A stretch of 64,000 nucleotides of DNA from Girardia tigrina. Lineage: Eukaryota. Location: positions 31,161-95,160 of the forward strand of contig MQRK01219513.1 in the NCBI GenBank assembly GCA_001938485.1. Direction: 5' to 3'. Positions 42,401-56,282 of this stretch are shown here, in pieces. The number at the start of each line of letters is the position of its first letter. The stretch's first letter is position 1. Below the pieces are notes generated by a model. It was given only the letters and a program-made list of their open reading frames with translations, was not told where the DNA came from and searched no databases. The position numbers were made by a program, and so were the translations under genes.

Positions 42401-45348
42401 AGAACTTCGATGCTAGAGGATTCGGCAGCACAGATGATGCTTGTGGCAGTTCCATTTGTTTTGCATTTCTGACCGACACTGAATTCTTTCATTGTTGAAA
42501 CTGCTCGTTGAGGAGGATAATCCGGCCTCCTGTTGTATTGTTTTACTTGCTCTTCAATTCCGATAGAAATCCACCGATCAATTCTTTTGAAGATGTAACG
42601 GAGAATCCCCAATTTTGTCTTCTGTGATCGTTGATGGAGAATAGAGTTTCACGGCGCAAACTCTAGTCATATATTCACTGCCCAAATTTTTATAATCAAA
42701 CAAATGGAATCAAAATTTAGCTGGAATTTTTGGAATTGCAAGAACAACAAATTTTGACGAAGGATGGCACTATGCGCTGCAATCGTTATTTTCTTGTCAT
42801 CTTCCAACATTATGGAAATTTTTAGAAGGAATAAGTAAAGACATGTAAAAACAAAAGCATGTTTTTTACAAAAAGCCACAGGAGTTAATCAAATTTCGAC
42901 CAAAAAATATCGAGTATTAAATGAAAGAGTTTCCAGAGCAGTGTCAAATTATGGACGAACAAGCGTACTGATTTATCTTAGATCAATCGCATATCTGTCT
43001 CACTCTTAAATAAAATTTATCTTATTTCTGATGTTTTATATTTATGAGGGGTTAATTTAAATTTTCAACTCGTCAGAATAATTTATTATTTTTTTAATTT
43101 AAAAGATAAAATATTTTAATGTTAATATGCTTATTAAATATTTTTAAATTAAAAATGATATAATAAAACAAATATTAAAAGACAAATACGTATTTAATAA
43201 TAAAATATGTTTTTAATGTGTTTTTTAAATATTTTAAAAATTAAAAATGATGTAATAATAGAAAATCATAAAATAATTAAATATCTATTTAAAAATAAAA
43301 AATATCTTTTTAATGTATCTATTAAATATCTTAAAATTAAAAATGATAAGAAAACCATTAAATATTAAATATTTATTTATAAATAAAATTATTTTTACAG
43401 TCATAACAATTTATATATTTTAATAGAAGTTATGAAACCATTTTAAATAAATTTGAAAATACATTTTTAGTTATATTATGAAAATTATTTAATAAATTTG
43501 CAAGATTTTAAAAATTTAATCGAAAAAAATTAATAGATTAATTTGTGGCGAGATAATTAAATTAACAGAAAAATTTGTTTAAATATGTGAATTGTGGTCA
43601 TATTAAGAAATTTTGGTGTTAAAAATGAATTCTGATATTGATGTTGCAACCACTTCTCAATCAATGTGATATTATATACATTTTTTTATATTAATGTGAT
43701 ATTAAAATAAATTTTAAATATAATTTACCTTATTTTTGATGTTTTATATTAATGTGATATTAAAATAAATTTTAAATAAAATTTACATTATTTCTGATGT
43801 TTTATATAAATGTGTTATATATAAATGTGATGCAGTTAAGTGTGATGTGGTTAAGTGTCTGCACACCCAAATAATCACATCACGCGTGCATGGCGGCTTC
43901 GATACTTTTACCCCAAACGCCTGTGATAGATTCTTCCAGACCTCTGCAATGGAATTTCTCAGGGCTTTAGTATTTGTGTGACGAGCATGGCAGGCTTAAC
44001 TCTTTACAAGCACCCATATAGAGTAATCTAGATGGTAAACATCTGGTGAATATGGTGGACACTTGTGTTTGGTTGAAAGAAGTATGGCTTTGTTCTCCTA
44101 GAACTTTTTGACAGCCTTAGCCGTATGACATGGTGCATTGTTTTGATAAAAACTAAAACTCGCCAGGGAAAATTTCTTCTTCAACCAAGACAGTACAGTT
44201 TAGCTTAGAAATTATTGAAGAAGAACACTCTGCAGCTGACTTTTCCATTCCCTGCCAACACATTCTGTAGCAATAAGCTAGCAGGATGCTTTTGTTATGC
44301 TAAATTTTTGTGTCACTGATTTCCTTACATACTAAGCTAATGACACGGTTATTGCAATGGTTCCATGATGATTCTACTGAGAAAGTTTTTTCTTCGTCAA
44401 AGATTTTATCTATTCAAGGTAGACAAGACTTCATGTCGTTAAAATTGATCTAACACCTTTTAAAGTGATTTTGCCTCATTGGATTAGTCAGCTAAGGTCT
44501 CTCGATCATCAAAAGATTTTTTCCACCAAGTTTCTTGACTGCACGACTGATCTGTGACTTGTGAACACTAAACTTTGAAACATGAGCTGTGATTAATCAT
44601 TCTGAACTGGAATAAATTTATTTTTGATTCTCGACCACTCCCTAGGCCTGTCTTGCAATAATTGACGGACTTAATTCTGTTCGCACAGAGCATCCAAGTT
44701 TCTCAGTAATTTCACCGTCAAAGTGGTCCGCGCAAAGCAATGTGCGAAGCTCAGCATGACAAACAGATTTCTAAATATCAAAGATTGATTTCGAAAAACT
44801 GTTAATACTTATAATCTCTAAATAAAATTTAAATAAATTCTTACATATCAGCTTAAATTCAGCTTAAAATCTAGTGTCAAAATCCATGGACAAGACTTTC
44901 ACATACCTAGTATATGTATTTACAATATTGAATTAGTAATCCATTGTTAGTATCTTGGTAATTTTAATTGCCAAATTTAATTATTAGATTTGATGGTCTT
45001 GTTTATTTAATAAAAAAACCATTTTTTGTCATAAGTTCAATAACTTATGACAATCGAATTAAGAAAAAATTGAAGTATAAGTTGAATTTATTATAATTTT
45101 AAGACATGATAATAAAAATAAAAAATAAGTCTAGTTCAATAATAGTTTTGTCAATTATATTATTAATAGTTAAACTTCAGATGAAATTGTAAAAAGAAAA
45201 ATTAAGATACTAGTTTAAAATAACGATTGTTTTTATCTTAATTTAAATAAAAATAATAACAATAACAACATCATAAATGTAGAATCGGCATATACAAACT
45301 TATGAAACATATGAAACAAAATGTTCGATTGTCTTATTTTCTTTTTTA

Positions 45349-45390
<42 letters not shown>

Positions 45391-46236
45391 TAGCGCGCTC
45401 GGCCCGCTTCGCGGCCCTCTCTTGCCGGGGGTTCAATTTTTTTTATATTATAAAAGCCCAAGTCACTCACNNNNNNNNNNNNNNNNNNNNNNNNNNNNNN
45501 NNNNNNNNNNNNNNNNNNNNNNNNNNNNNNNNNNNNNNNNNNNNNNNNNNNNNNNNNNNNNNNNNNNNNNNNNNNNNNNNNNNNNNNNNNNNNNNNNNNN
45601 NNNNNNNNNNNNNNNNNNNNNNNNNNNNNNNNNNNNNNNNNNNNNNNNNNNNNNNNNNNNNNNNNNNNNNNNNNNNNNNNNNNNNNNNNNNNNNNNNNNN
45701 NNNNNNNNNNNNNNNNNNNNNNNNNNNNNNNNNNNNNNNNNNNNNNNNNNNNNNNNNNNNNNNNNNNNNNNNNNNNNNNNNNNNNNNNNNNNNNNNNNNN
45801 NNNNNNNNNNNNNNNNNNNNNNNNNNNNNNNNNNNNNNNNNNNNNNNNNNNNNNNNNNNNNNNNNNNNNNNNNNNNNNNNNNNNNNNNNNNNNNNNNNNN
45901 NNNNNNNNNNNNNNNNNNNNNNNNNNNNNNNNNNNNNNNNNNNNNNNNNNNNNNNNNNNNNNNNNNNNNNNNNNNNNNNNNNNNNNNNNNNNNNNNNNNN
46001 NNNNNNNNNNNNNNNNNNNNNNNNNNNNNNNNNNNNNNNNNNNNNNNNNNNNNNNNNNNNNNNNNNNNNNNNNNNNNNNNNNNNNNNNNNNNNNNNNNNN
46101 NNNNNNNNNNNNNNNNNNNNNNNNNNNNNNNNNNNNNNNNNNNNNNTTTTTCAACAAATAATACTATTATTACGTCAACAATTATTACGTCAGCGTTAGT
46201 GAAGCAGGCAGTGAGTGACTTGGGCTTTTATAATAT

Positions 46237-46282
<46 letters not shown>

Positions 46283-49200
46283 GAGATGAAATTAACTATT
46301 TTATTAGCCTTTGTTAAATGACTAAGTTCTCTATAAGTAACACTATTTAAGAATAATTATCCCTTTGTGATTCTCCCCTAAAACTATTCAAGATATATAC
46401 AATTCTAAAGTTAGAAAGTATTTTATTCCAAAATCTTCAACGGAAAACAAAGCAAATATTATATTACTCTTCATGAAATTCCTGTTGTGAGTGGTAATAC
46501 ATATGAAACAAATCCTTTCAGCTTTTCCTCACTGATTGGTTTTTACTTACATCAATACTGCAAATTTTTCAAAACAGCATCTAACATTGATAAAAAATCT
46601 ATGATAATATTATATTTATGTTGTTCTGTTTTTAAGATAAACATTAACGTCAAATGACAACTATATAATATGATATATTAATATAAAATTCTATTACATT
46701 TTAATGTCTAAATTAAACTATAAAATGAGATAAACTCGTTATTATTATGCATCAGCAAAACTAATCAATATTAATTCAAATTATAAGAGAACAAATAAGA
46801 ATAATAGATTTAAATTATAAAACAGAACTCCAACATTTAGGGGAAAACTAAATAACCGGTCTAATATCCTGTTTTTACAGAAAGAAACGACATCTGTTGT
46901 TTTTTTATTTCTACAAAATTTATTGTTAAGTTCGATATCAAAATTTTGAAGTTGTTAGGTACACCATCTGCAGCACAAATATTTTCCTCAGACATTAAAA
47001 ATAAAGAAATTCTACAATATTTATTTACTAACCATAATAAGGTTTTTTAAACAAATTTAGGAGATTTTTTAATTTAACCGTTTTTTATAAGTAAATATGA
47101 TATAATAAAGGTAATAAAAATTAAAACCTAACGTCTCATTTAAAAACCTTATTTCTAGATTTTATTTTACATTAATAAATATACCATGTAATAATAAATA
47201 TCGACAATAAGATATTGAAATCTTTAAAATCAAAATATAATTTTAAAATCTTACAGAAGTCATAACACTAAAAATTTATTAATAAAACACAATAACATAT
47301 TTTTCTAACAAATTTTCGAGGAACAATTTTCTTTCACACAAAGCTTTTATTCATAAACATAATGTAATATAAATACGAATACTTAATTTATTATTTCTGT
47401 CGGGGTTACTTTTGATGAACTTTAAATTTTTGATATTTTTAAAAATCATATTTATATTTTGGATGAATTAAAAATAATGTTCGACTAATTAAAATGAAAT
47501 AATCTTTAAATAAAAAATTTAAGTTTATAGATAATATTTTTTACTAATTAAAATAAATAAGATTTTATAAAATATATTTTATAGGTAACAATTAAATTGA
47601 AATAATTTTTGTAAAAATTATATTTCACAGATAGTATATTACTAATTAAAATGAAATAAGATTTGTAAAAAATTTAGAGTAATGATAATATTTTAATTAA
47701 ATTGAGACAATTTTTTATAAAAATTAAGTTTTAAAAATTCACAATTAAAATATCATTTTTGAAATTAAAGAATATTGTACAGAAGATTTTGATATATTTG
47801 GTAACACTATTTAAAATAAAATTAGAATATTTATTTTACACGGAAAGTTTTATTAAAAATAAATAAATTTTATAATTAATGAATCTCTATTAAATAATAA
47901 TAAATTTAAATATTGCTAAATATTTTGTATTTTAAATTTCTAAGTTATTTTTTGCAATTTTATTAAAAAAACAAATTAAAAAGAAATAATTTATATTCGA
48001 ATGATTTAAAATAAAAGGAAATCAAAATTGAATAAAATAACATATTTATATTTATCGATATTATTAATTGTATTTAAAATTTTGAGATCTGGATTATGTA
48101 ATTAAAATATTGTTCCTCATAAATTTGTTTCAATAATGAAAATTGTAATAGAAATAAAGTTTACAAAATTATGAATTCCAATTTTAATCACGAAACTAAT
48201 ATGTCGACCATAGCCAGCAACTTGGATCAGTTGATTGCGAGACTTCTACCGGAAAAATACCGGAAAGAAGACAATATTGAAACATTTATAGCAGCATGCT
48301 CAAGGTATTTTAAGGTGGCTAAAACACCAGAAAGCATACAAGAGATTTTGATAATTGGATTGCTTTCTCATGAACTTGTACCTGTCTACGAGAATGTATC
48401 GGTCGAGACAAAGGGATATGAAGCTCGGTTACGAGAAGCTTTTCAAAAGTAAAGCTCTCTGGTGAAGGATCTGATGGAGGCTGTACATTTCGAAAGAACG
48501 AATGAATCAGCGGAAGAATACTTTGCAAAAGCAAAGAAACTTGCAGCAAAATTGGCAAAACATAATTGGTCGGAAGAAGAAATTGAAAAGAATCTTCTAA
48601 TTCATGGGTCGAAGTACAGCGATGTGAAGAAAGAGATCAAGTTTAGAGAGGTAAAAGAAATAAAAGAAGTAAAAAACTGTCATCAAAAAAGTGGATGAAG
48701 TCCGGGAAATGGAAAGGCCAGTACATGCGATGAGAGCGTCATACAAGGACGTGGTAGAAAGAGGATCAGCGATAGGAAGTCTAAGGAAGAAAGGAGACAG
48801 TTTTGTTAGACGACATCCAGGGCAAAACAATATATCATACTGGAACTGCAAAGAAACAGGGCTTAGACGGAGCGAATGTAAAACAGAAAGGAAAATCACA
48901 TGTCATGCATGTGGCGAGGAAGGTCATGTCCGACGGGAATGCAGGAAGGTAAGATGTGGAAGATGTAATAATCCAGGACATAGAGCTGAGGAATTTGAAT
49001 ACATGAATTTGAATAAACGATATCAAGGAAGAACTGATTATCAAAGGAGAACCCAAGGAGATAGCCGACAATTCTCAGGTGCACAAACGAAAAGCTCCCA
49101 TTGATGGAAACAATTGGTCTATATTGTGATCTCTGGAAATGTAATAGTGGTGAGCATGATAGTCTTGATGAGTTTGCTTTTCGTGAATTACTTACTTTTG

Positions 49201-52200
49201 CAACATCAAATGTTCATTTTTTGTTTAATGATAATTGGTATAAACAGGTAGATTGTGTTGCCATGGGTTCTCCTATGGCACCAACACTTGCATCCATTTT
49301 TCTGTCTAACATTGAAAATAAAATTCACTTGTTCACGGGTGTTAGACCTTTAGTTTATAAACGATATGTTGATGATATTTTTCTTGTTTTCAAAGAGCGT
49401 GAAAATATGTTGTCGATTTTATCTTATATGAATTCCCTTCATTCTAATATTGTTTTCATGCATGAGCTTGAGAAGAATGGTGTTTTACCATTTTTAGATT
49501 TGTTAATGGAGAGAAAAGGGAATCGTTACGAGACAGAGATTTATAGAAAGAAAACAGATACATCGCTATATACTACTAATAAAAGCTTCTGTGAACATAA
49601 GTATAATAGAAGTATGATAAAGGTTTGTTATTTAGATGTTGGTCTCTATCATCAACATATGAAAAAGCAGATGCAAGCATAGATAAACTAACAGAACTAT
49701 TGCAGAAAAATGGCTATTCGAAATCATTTTTAGAGAAATTAACTAATGAGACGATAGATAAATTAATGAATAAAGAACATGAGGGTAAAGACAAATTAAA
49801 ACCCGATAAATTATCTAATGAAAATTCTAATATTGGATATACGTTAATCGTTCCTTATTCAGAAGGTTACACAAAATTTAAATCGTCTATTCTAAAATCA
49901 ATCGATTGTACAAATTTAAATTTAAAAATCATTTCTAAATCTTACAAAATTCAAAGTATATTCAGCAATAAATCTCGTACTCCTTCGAGTTTATGTTCCA
50001 ATCTTATTTATCAATTTTCGTGTAATGGGTGCAATACATTGGAGAGACGTCTCGTCATCTCTGTAAACGGATTAAGGAGCATGGACGATTGGGTAATGAG
50101 AGTAATATTGCTGGACATATGAAGGGTTGTAAATCGGAGGTGAAAACAACTAATTTTAAAATATTGTGCAGTAATTTTAAAAATTATTGGGAAAGAGTTA
50201 CTTGTGAAGCATTATTGATTAAATCACTTAATCCGTCAATTAATGTACAAACAGGTCTCTTCCAATTTGTTAATAATATTTAATTAGTTATTGCGCAAGA
50301 TGTTTGCATAATCATCAATTTGCTATATATAAGACAGCGAAATTGTTGTTAATTCAGCCTGAAGATGGTGGAAAATCCACCGAAATATATTGCGACAATA
50401 AAATTTGATTTTAATGGTGTTCTTAATTATAAAATTTTGCCATTATTTTTTAAATTTCTTATTAAGAGTATATATATATGTATATTATTTTAATGGAAAA
50501 AAAATTTTATTAAGGGGAAATTAATACGCAGTTTACAAAAAGTTTCTTTATTGCTAACAGGTCGTTCACAAAATATAAGTTGCTTCTGTATTTCTTTTTT
50601 AGGGTTATTATTTATTTAACGATATTCAGTATATCTATATGGGAACAGTTTTATAAATTATTTTGAAATCAAAACCGAATCTGTTGTCGAGTGCGAGGAC
50701 GAATCACTACCGAATGTAACCTCTCGAACAATCAAATAAAAGACTGAACTGGAAAGGTTTATTCCAAAATATACTTTGTAAATATGGGACATTGACGCGC
50801 TCTTGGAAGTGCCGTGACTAGATTTCGCGTCAAATGATCTCATCACGACCGCTGAAGGTGACGAATTAATCAGACGAGGAGCTGTACTATTTTACTACAC
50901 ATTTTCTATTTTTTCAGGATTTTCGTGAGAATGTTAAAAACATCTGGCAAAACATCGGGCAATGTTAAAAACATCTTCAAATACGCGGATTTCTATATTA
51001 ATATTATCGTGATAAACACTCATTTATTTCAACAGAAAATTACCATTTCTTAAATAAATTACAATTTTTACATTATGAAAAATTTAGAAATAGCTTCATT
51101 TATATTTTTAAAGAGTTTACCAACAAATATTGTTATACAAGTTAATTAAAATTAGGTTTGAGAGTTGCAGAAATACCAACGCATAATCCCTGAGGGTTTT
51201 TATTTCGGATAAATATTAAATGTAATGATAATGAAAGGAATTCTTCTTCAATACAATTGATAATTCTTCTTCAATTATCAATTAAAATATTTTATGTTTT
51301 TAAAATAATAAATATTATATAAATAAATTTGAGGAAAACATTTCAGAATTTCGATTGACTTCCTATAATTATGCGTGACCTGAATTATTTTTTTAATAAA
51401 ATATAATTTATCTGAGTTTTTAGAGGAAAACGAATATATAAAAAGTTGGCAAATATCATTTTATTAACTAGACAAATAATAATAAGTCATAATATTATAA
51501 AATATGGATATTAGTTTGTCAAGTATGAAATTTGTAGACATGATTACATTAAATTCAAATAGATATAATTTGACAATGACTTAACATTTTGTTGTTCGCT
51601 TTTGTGATCAATTACTTCATATCTTGGCTATTAAATTTATTTAAAATTAAATAAATTATTGATAACTTGTTTTAATAATCAATATTTTAAAAATGGAAAA
51701 GGTCGAAATTTGAAGAATTATGAAGTTCAAGTTCTTACGTGAAACCTCAGCATCAGAAACAATGCAAAAGTAAAGTGATTGGATACAATGCTACTACATA
51801 GTAGACAATATCAAATTGGTTCAGGAAATTTGTGAAAGGTAATTTTAACATCAATAATTAGTCCCGAGGTCACCATGAACGCTGGTAGACTATGACGAAC
51901 TGAAAATACTTGTTGGATCGAATCCATCACAAGGTTCTCATAATTTATGATTAAATTTAAACACGACATTTAAATAAAATATACTTGTGAGGATAATTAG
52001 ATGTATATAAGTATTTATAATAACATATTTCTATTTATAATTAAAATATATTAATGGATACAAAGTATTCTTAATAAAAATCTCCTGTGTTTTAATATTC
52101 AGAAAATTTGTAACAGATTCAAATTAATGTGTAATTTGTTATTAAAAATAAATGTTGGAAAATTCTTATAATACTTACACAAATACATCCAAGAATTTAG

Positions 52201-55200
52201 TTGAAAAAACTTATTTATCTTATAAAAGAAAGAGAAGTTCTGTAGAGTACAAAAATGAGAAGATAGAAGTGTTGGTTATAGGGACAGATATTATATTTAA
52301 TTAATAAAAGATCTTTATTTACTGATTACTTTTATTCTTAAGTTAATAATTTATAAATTTCAATTTTTAATTGTTTTAAATATTTTAAATTATATTTTAA
52401 ATCAATCATAGTACAAATAATAAAACTTAACACAAAGAAAGAAAATATAAAAAGAATTATTTAAATAAGCCCCTTAACTTTTACCTACACCCTATTTAAC
52501 GTTAATCTAGTCGAATCGGTAGGTTGAACCTACACTTCTTAACTCTTGTTTATTCTTAATAATTCAACTACAAACCTAGATTTAACCTTATATTTAATAT
52601 TTGCTTTTCTTCTTTCTCCCTTCCTTTCCTTCTTATAAATAATAATACTTACCTTTAAAATATAATTAAAAATATTATATTTTTAAACAACGCTCATAAC
52701 TGTAAATAATAATTTCATATTATTTATGATTAAGGAGAAATAAACTAATTTACATAAAAATGTATTGAAATAAAATACATATGATTTAAATTTCCCAATA
52801 GAAATTCGTAGAAAGACAAATGAGCAGTTGAATGCAGAAACGTTATAATATTTCTACTCTTCCATAGGATTCAACGGATCGAGAAACTAAGTCACCGGAT
52901 GTAAATTTAACCCTTTCCTGACTATTGATGTCATATGGAATCATGTTTCATTTTAATATTTTATAGGCATCTATGTAAAATACAAATAATGTTTTTATTT
53001 CTGATCAATAGACGAATATACAAATTATTCTTACACATGTTTTGTCAAACGCCATTTTGTTTTTATCATTTCAAAGTTGTAAAAGTGATTTAAGGATGCC
53101 AATTTAATTCTTTATTCAGCCAGGAAAGGGTTAAATAAAATGTATTTCAAAATCAAATATGAATTTAAGTAAAATGTATTTCAAAATCAAATGTTGCTTT
53201 TATTGCTTTTATTTATTTATATTGATTTTTATATTTTATCAAACTAATTTTAAAACAATTTTAATAAAACCCAAAATTAAAATAACGAAAGAATAAACAA
53301 CATGTTTAATTCATATTAAAAAAAATTATTTTATTATTATTATGTTTAATAGCCTATAATTTTTATCCATTTACTGTTTGGTGACTAAATGTCCGGCAAT
53401 TAAATGTCACGGCCCGAGATTCAACAGCACACTGCACTCGTTCATTAATCGGGCGATACAGTTTCTTAATTAGATGTATAACACCTGCATTGGCCTATAG
53501 AAATGATGCTTTCTGTTTAGTCGTTTCGCCTCTTAGACCGTTTAAAAAGTTCCGAAGACTTGGATGGTGGCAGTGAAAAAGGTTCTTTAAACCGTAATTT
53601 CAACCCTCCGTCGCATTATTCGTACGAGCTATACTATCAAAAACTGCCATATGTTTGTTCCAGACGTGAATGGGATAAAAAGCTAGTCCATGAGATCTAC
53701 CTCCAAGTCTTCTTACTCGAACATAAAAATATTCAAAGGATGTTAAAACTTCATCCAACTGTTTGCAACGTGGTTTGTAAGTGGAGAAATATAACAATTG
53801 ACGAGATAAATACTTTTGAGTTCGACATCGAGCATTCGGAGATATTGAGTAGTTAATTAAATTATGGATCTGTTTAGATAATATAGAACAATTTGAATGT
53901 TGGAAAAAATTAAATATCTATGTCCAACACTTCAATCTTCTCATCTTTGTACTCTACTGAACGTTTCTTTCTTTTATAAGATAAATACGTTTTTTCAATC
54001 AAATTCTTGGATGTATTTGTGTAAGTATATTGTATTTAAATGTCGTGTTTAAATTTTATCTTACACAAAAAAAAGAAGAAAAATAAATTAAAAAAAACAA
54101 AAAAGGTAAATCTACCAAAGCTGGTCATTTAAAATAAATGCTGGACGAATGAACGTGGGATGAACAATCGAAAAAAATCGGGATGAACAAACGTTGAATG
54201 AATAAACACGAGATGTACGGGTTGAGATGAATGAACGAAAGGGGGATGAACGAACCCCAAACCCATTTTCGACATCTTTTATTAATCATATCAAAGGTCA
54301 TATTCTTGGCTTTGCAATCATGGGGTGTTTCTTTCATTTTACTCAGTGTGTTTATAGAAGTATCCAAACTGAAGTTTTGAAGTACAGGTATGAAACTCAG
54401 ACAGATTTTGCTTTGAAAATGAGAATGATAACAGATTTAGCATTTTGTACCACCTGAAAATATGGTAGTTGCATTTTAAGAGTTACACGAAAACAATATC
54501 ATTCTTGGTGACTCCCAAACTGGTTAAAGCAGATCAATGAACCGTAACCATCGTAGATCTGCACGTTTTGAACTCACAATTTAGAATCGTTATGCTTCCC
54601 TTAGAGATGGTCTAGCCAAATTAAATAACTCGGCTGATGGAAGGCATAGAAGTTTTCTTGAAGGTGTTGATACGTATCGTCTTACTATTTGGAAATTTAT
54701 GAACTGTCTTAAATCAGAACAATTAAGTAATCGAATGAAAATTGAACAGTATATCAATATTTGGGAAAACGAGATATAATATTTCAAGTAACTTACTTGA
54801 CTATTTATGAGGGCTTACTCATAATATTAATTTTTAATATTTTATTTTAATACTTCTCAATCGTATTTATTAAATAAAATTTATGGTTTTGATAAATTAT
54901 TTATTTATTCGAGGAATTTTCCGTGAATCATTTTTAAATGTGTGAATCATTATAATCTTGTAATTTTGGCCATTTTTTTAAAGTTCAATAAATTCAATCA
55001 TGAAATGTTCAGGTGGTAGTTACAAGCACAATAATGCTTCGGTTAAGGCTTCTCTTGACATTTAGTGTTTATGAATCATGTATTCCAGTTTATCTACTCT
55101 CTCAAAGTGAACATCTGGTCTGACGTCCTTCATCATGCACCAGCATGCCTCTGTCAGATCTTCGAAAAGTGATTAAGTCCGACAGAACGTTTTCCGCAAT

Positions 55201-56228
55201 CGATACGAACCTTCGATAAAATATAATAAATAAATAAATATTGAAATTTAAACAGGATTTACTTATCACAATGTTAAATAAAAATATTTAACATGGTCAC
55301 AACTTTGCTTAATCCCTTTTGAATGTTTATAAAAGGTTTGGGATGTCTAATCAATAATGACTCTTAAAACTGTCTTTCAGAGAGCGTATCAAAATTCGAA
55401 GTTAGAATTGAAAATTCATCCTTTACATCATTTGATTTTCTATTCTGACTCGACTTCAAATGCTCACAGACTTTACTTATGGTTGTGTGTGCTCATTAAT
55501 ACGAGTACGGAGATGGCAGTGAGTCTTTCCATAGTACGAATTTCGACATTTGTGACATAAAAATTTATAGACAATATTAACTAGCACTAACAAATTTGTT
55601 TCCTACTTGCATTATTTTCTTATTATAAATAAGTCCATTAGGTTTTTAATCATAGTTTTTTTACTACAGTGATAAAGTTACAGATCGAAGGAAAGTGTGA
55701 ATAGAGAAAATAAGGTTAAAAACTATTGTGGGACATGTTTCGATCCTTATTGATCATCCTCAGTAATTAATTATTTTGTTTTGAGAAACTACATTTCTTA
55801 ACAGTATAGAAGTATATGAAAATATTTCTGAGGATAAATTTTATTTAAATTTAGTTTTATTTGATTATTTTATAATTATTTTTTATATAATATTTGATAA
55901 ATTAATTGAAAATATTTAATATAAATTATAAATCCCCCTCGATATTAAATATTTTCAATTAGTTTATCAAAATTATATAAAAAATAATAATAAAATAATT
56001 TAAAATTACTTTTCAATAAAATCAAATTTAAAGAAAATTAATTCAAAAAATATTCGACTTATATTTTTTATACTGTTAAGAAATAATTTATCGCTGATGA
56101 TGATCGATGAGGATCGAAACATGTGCATCGATAATTTTTAAATATGCTTTGTTAGATATTTATCCAAATAATATCAAATTAGTGTTCATTAGACTAAAAA
56201 GTTTAAATTATCATTATTAGTAGTAGTG

Positions 56229-56282
<54 letters not shown>

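Larger units (their letters stand above)
39741..43867 (+). mobile_element. Pack-MULE-like Mutator element carrying captured host-gene fragments
   Basis: TIRs GGT....GACACTTAACCACATCACACTTAAC(C/T)GCATCACATTTA at both ends. Identical 9-bp TSD CAAATAATC at 39732-39740 and 43868-43876. MULE transposase pieces at 40156-40530 and 42670-43009 flank non-TE cargo. Confidence 0.9.

Noticed and set aside
42667-42879. Minus-strand ORF with CLIIKIWA, resembling a nucleotidyltransferase
   Set aside because: The plus strand is clearly MULE transposase (RTTNxxEGWH), so the ORF is an antisense shadow.
45233-46321. Long ORFs spanning N runs, and YIYI-repeat ORFs (also 24966-25259, 27383-27571, 28996-29205)
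   Set aside because: Artefacts of assembly gaps and (TA)n microsatellites.
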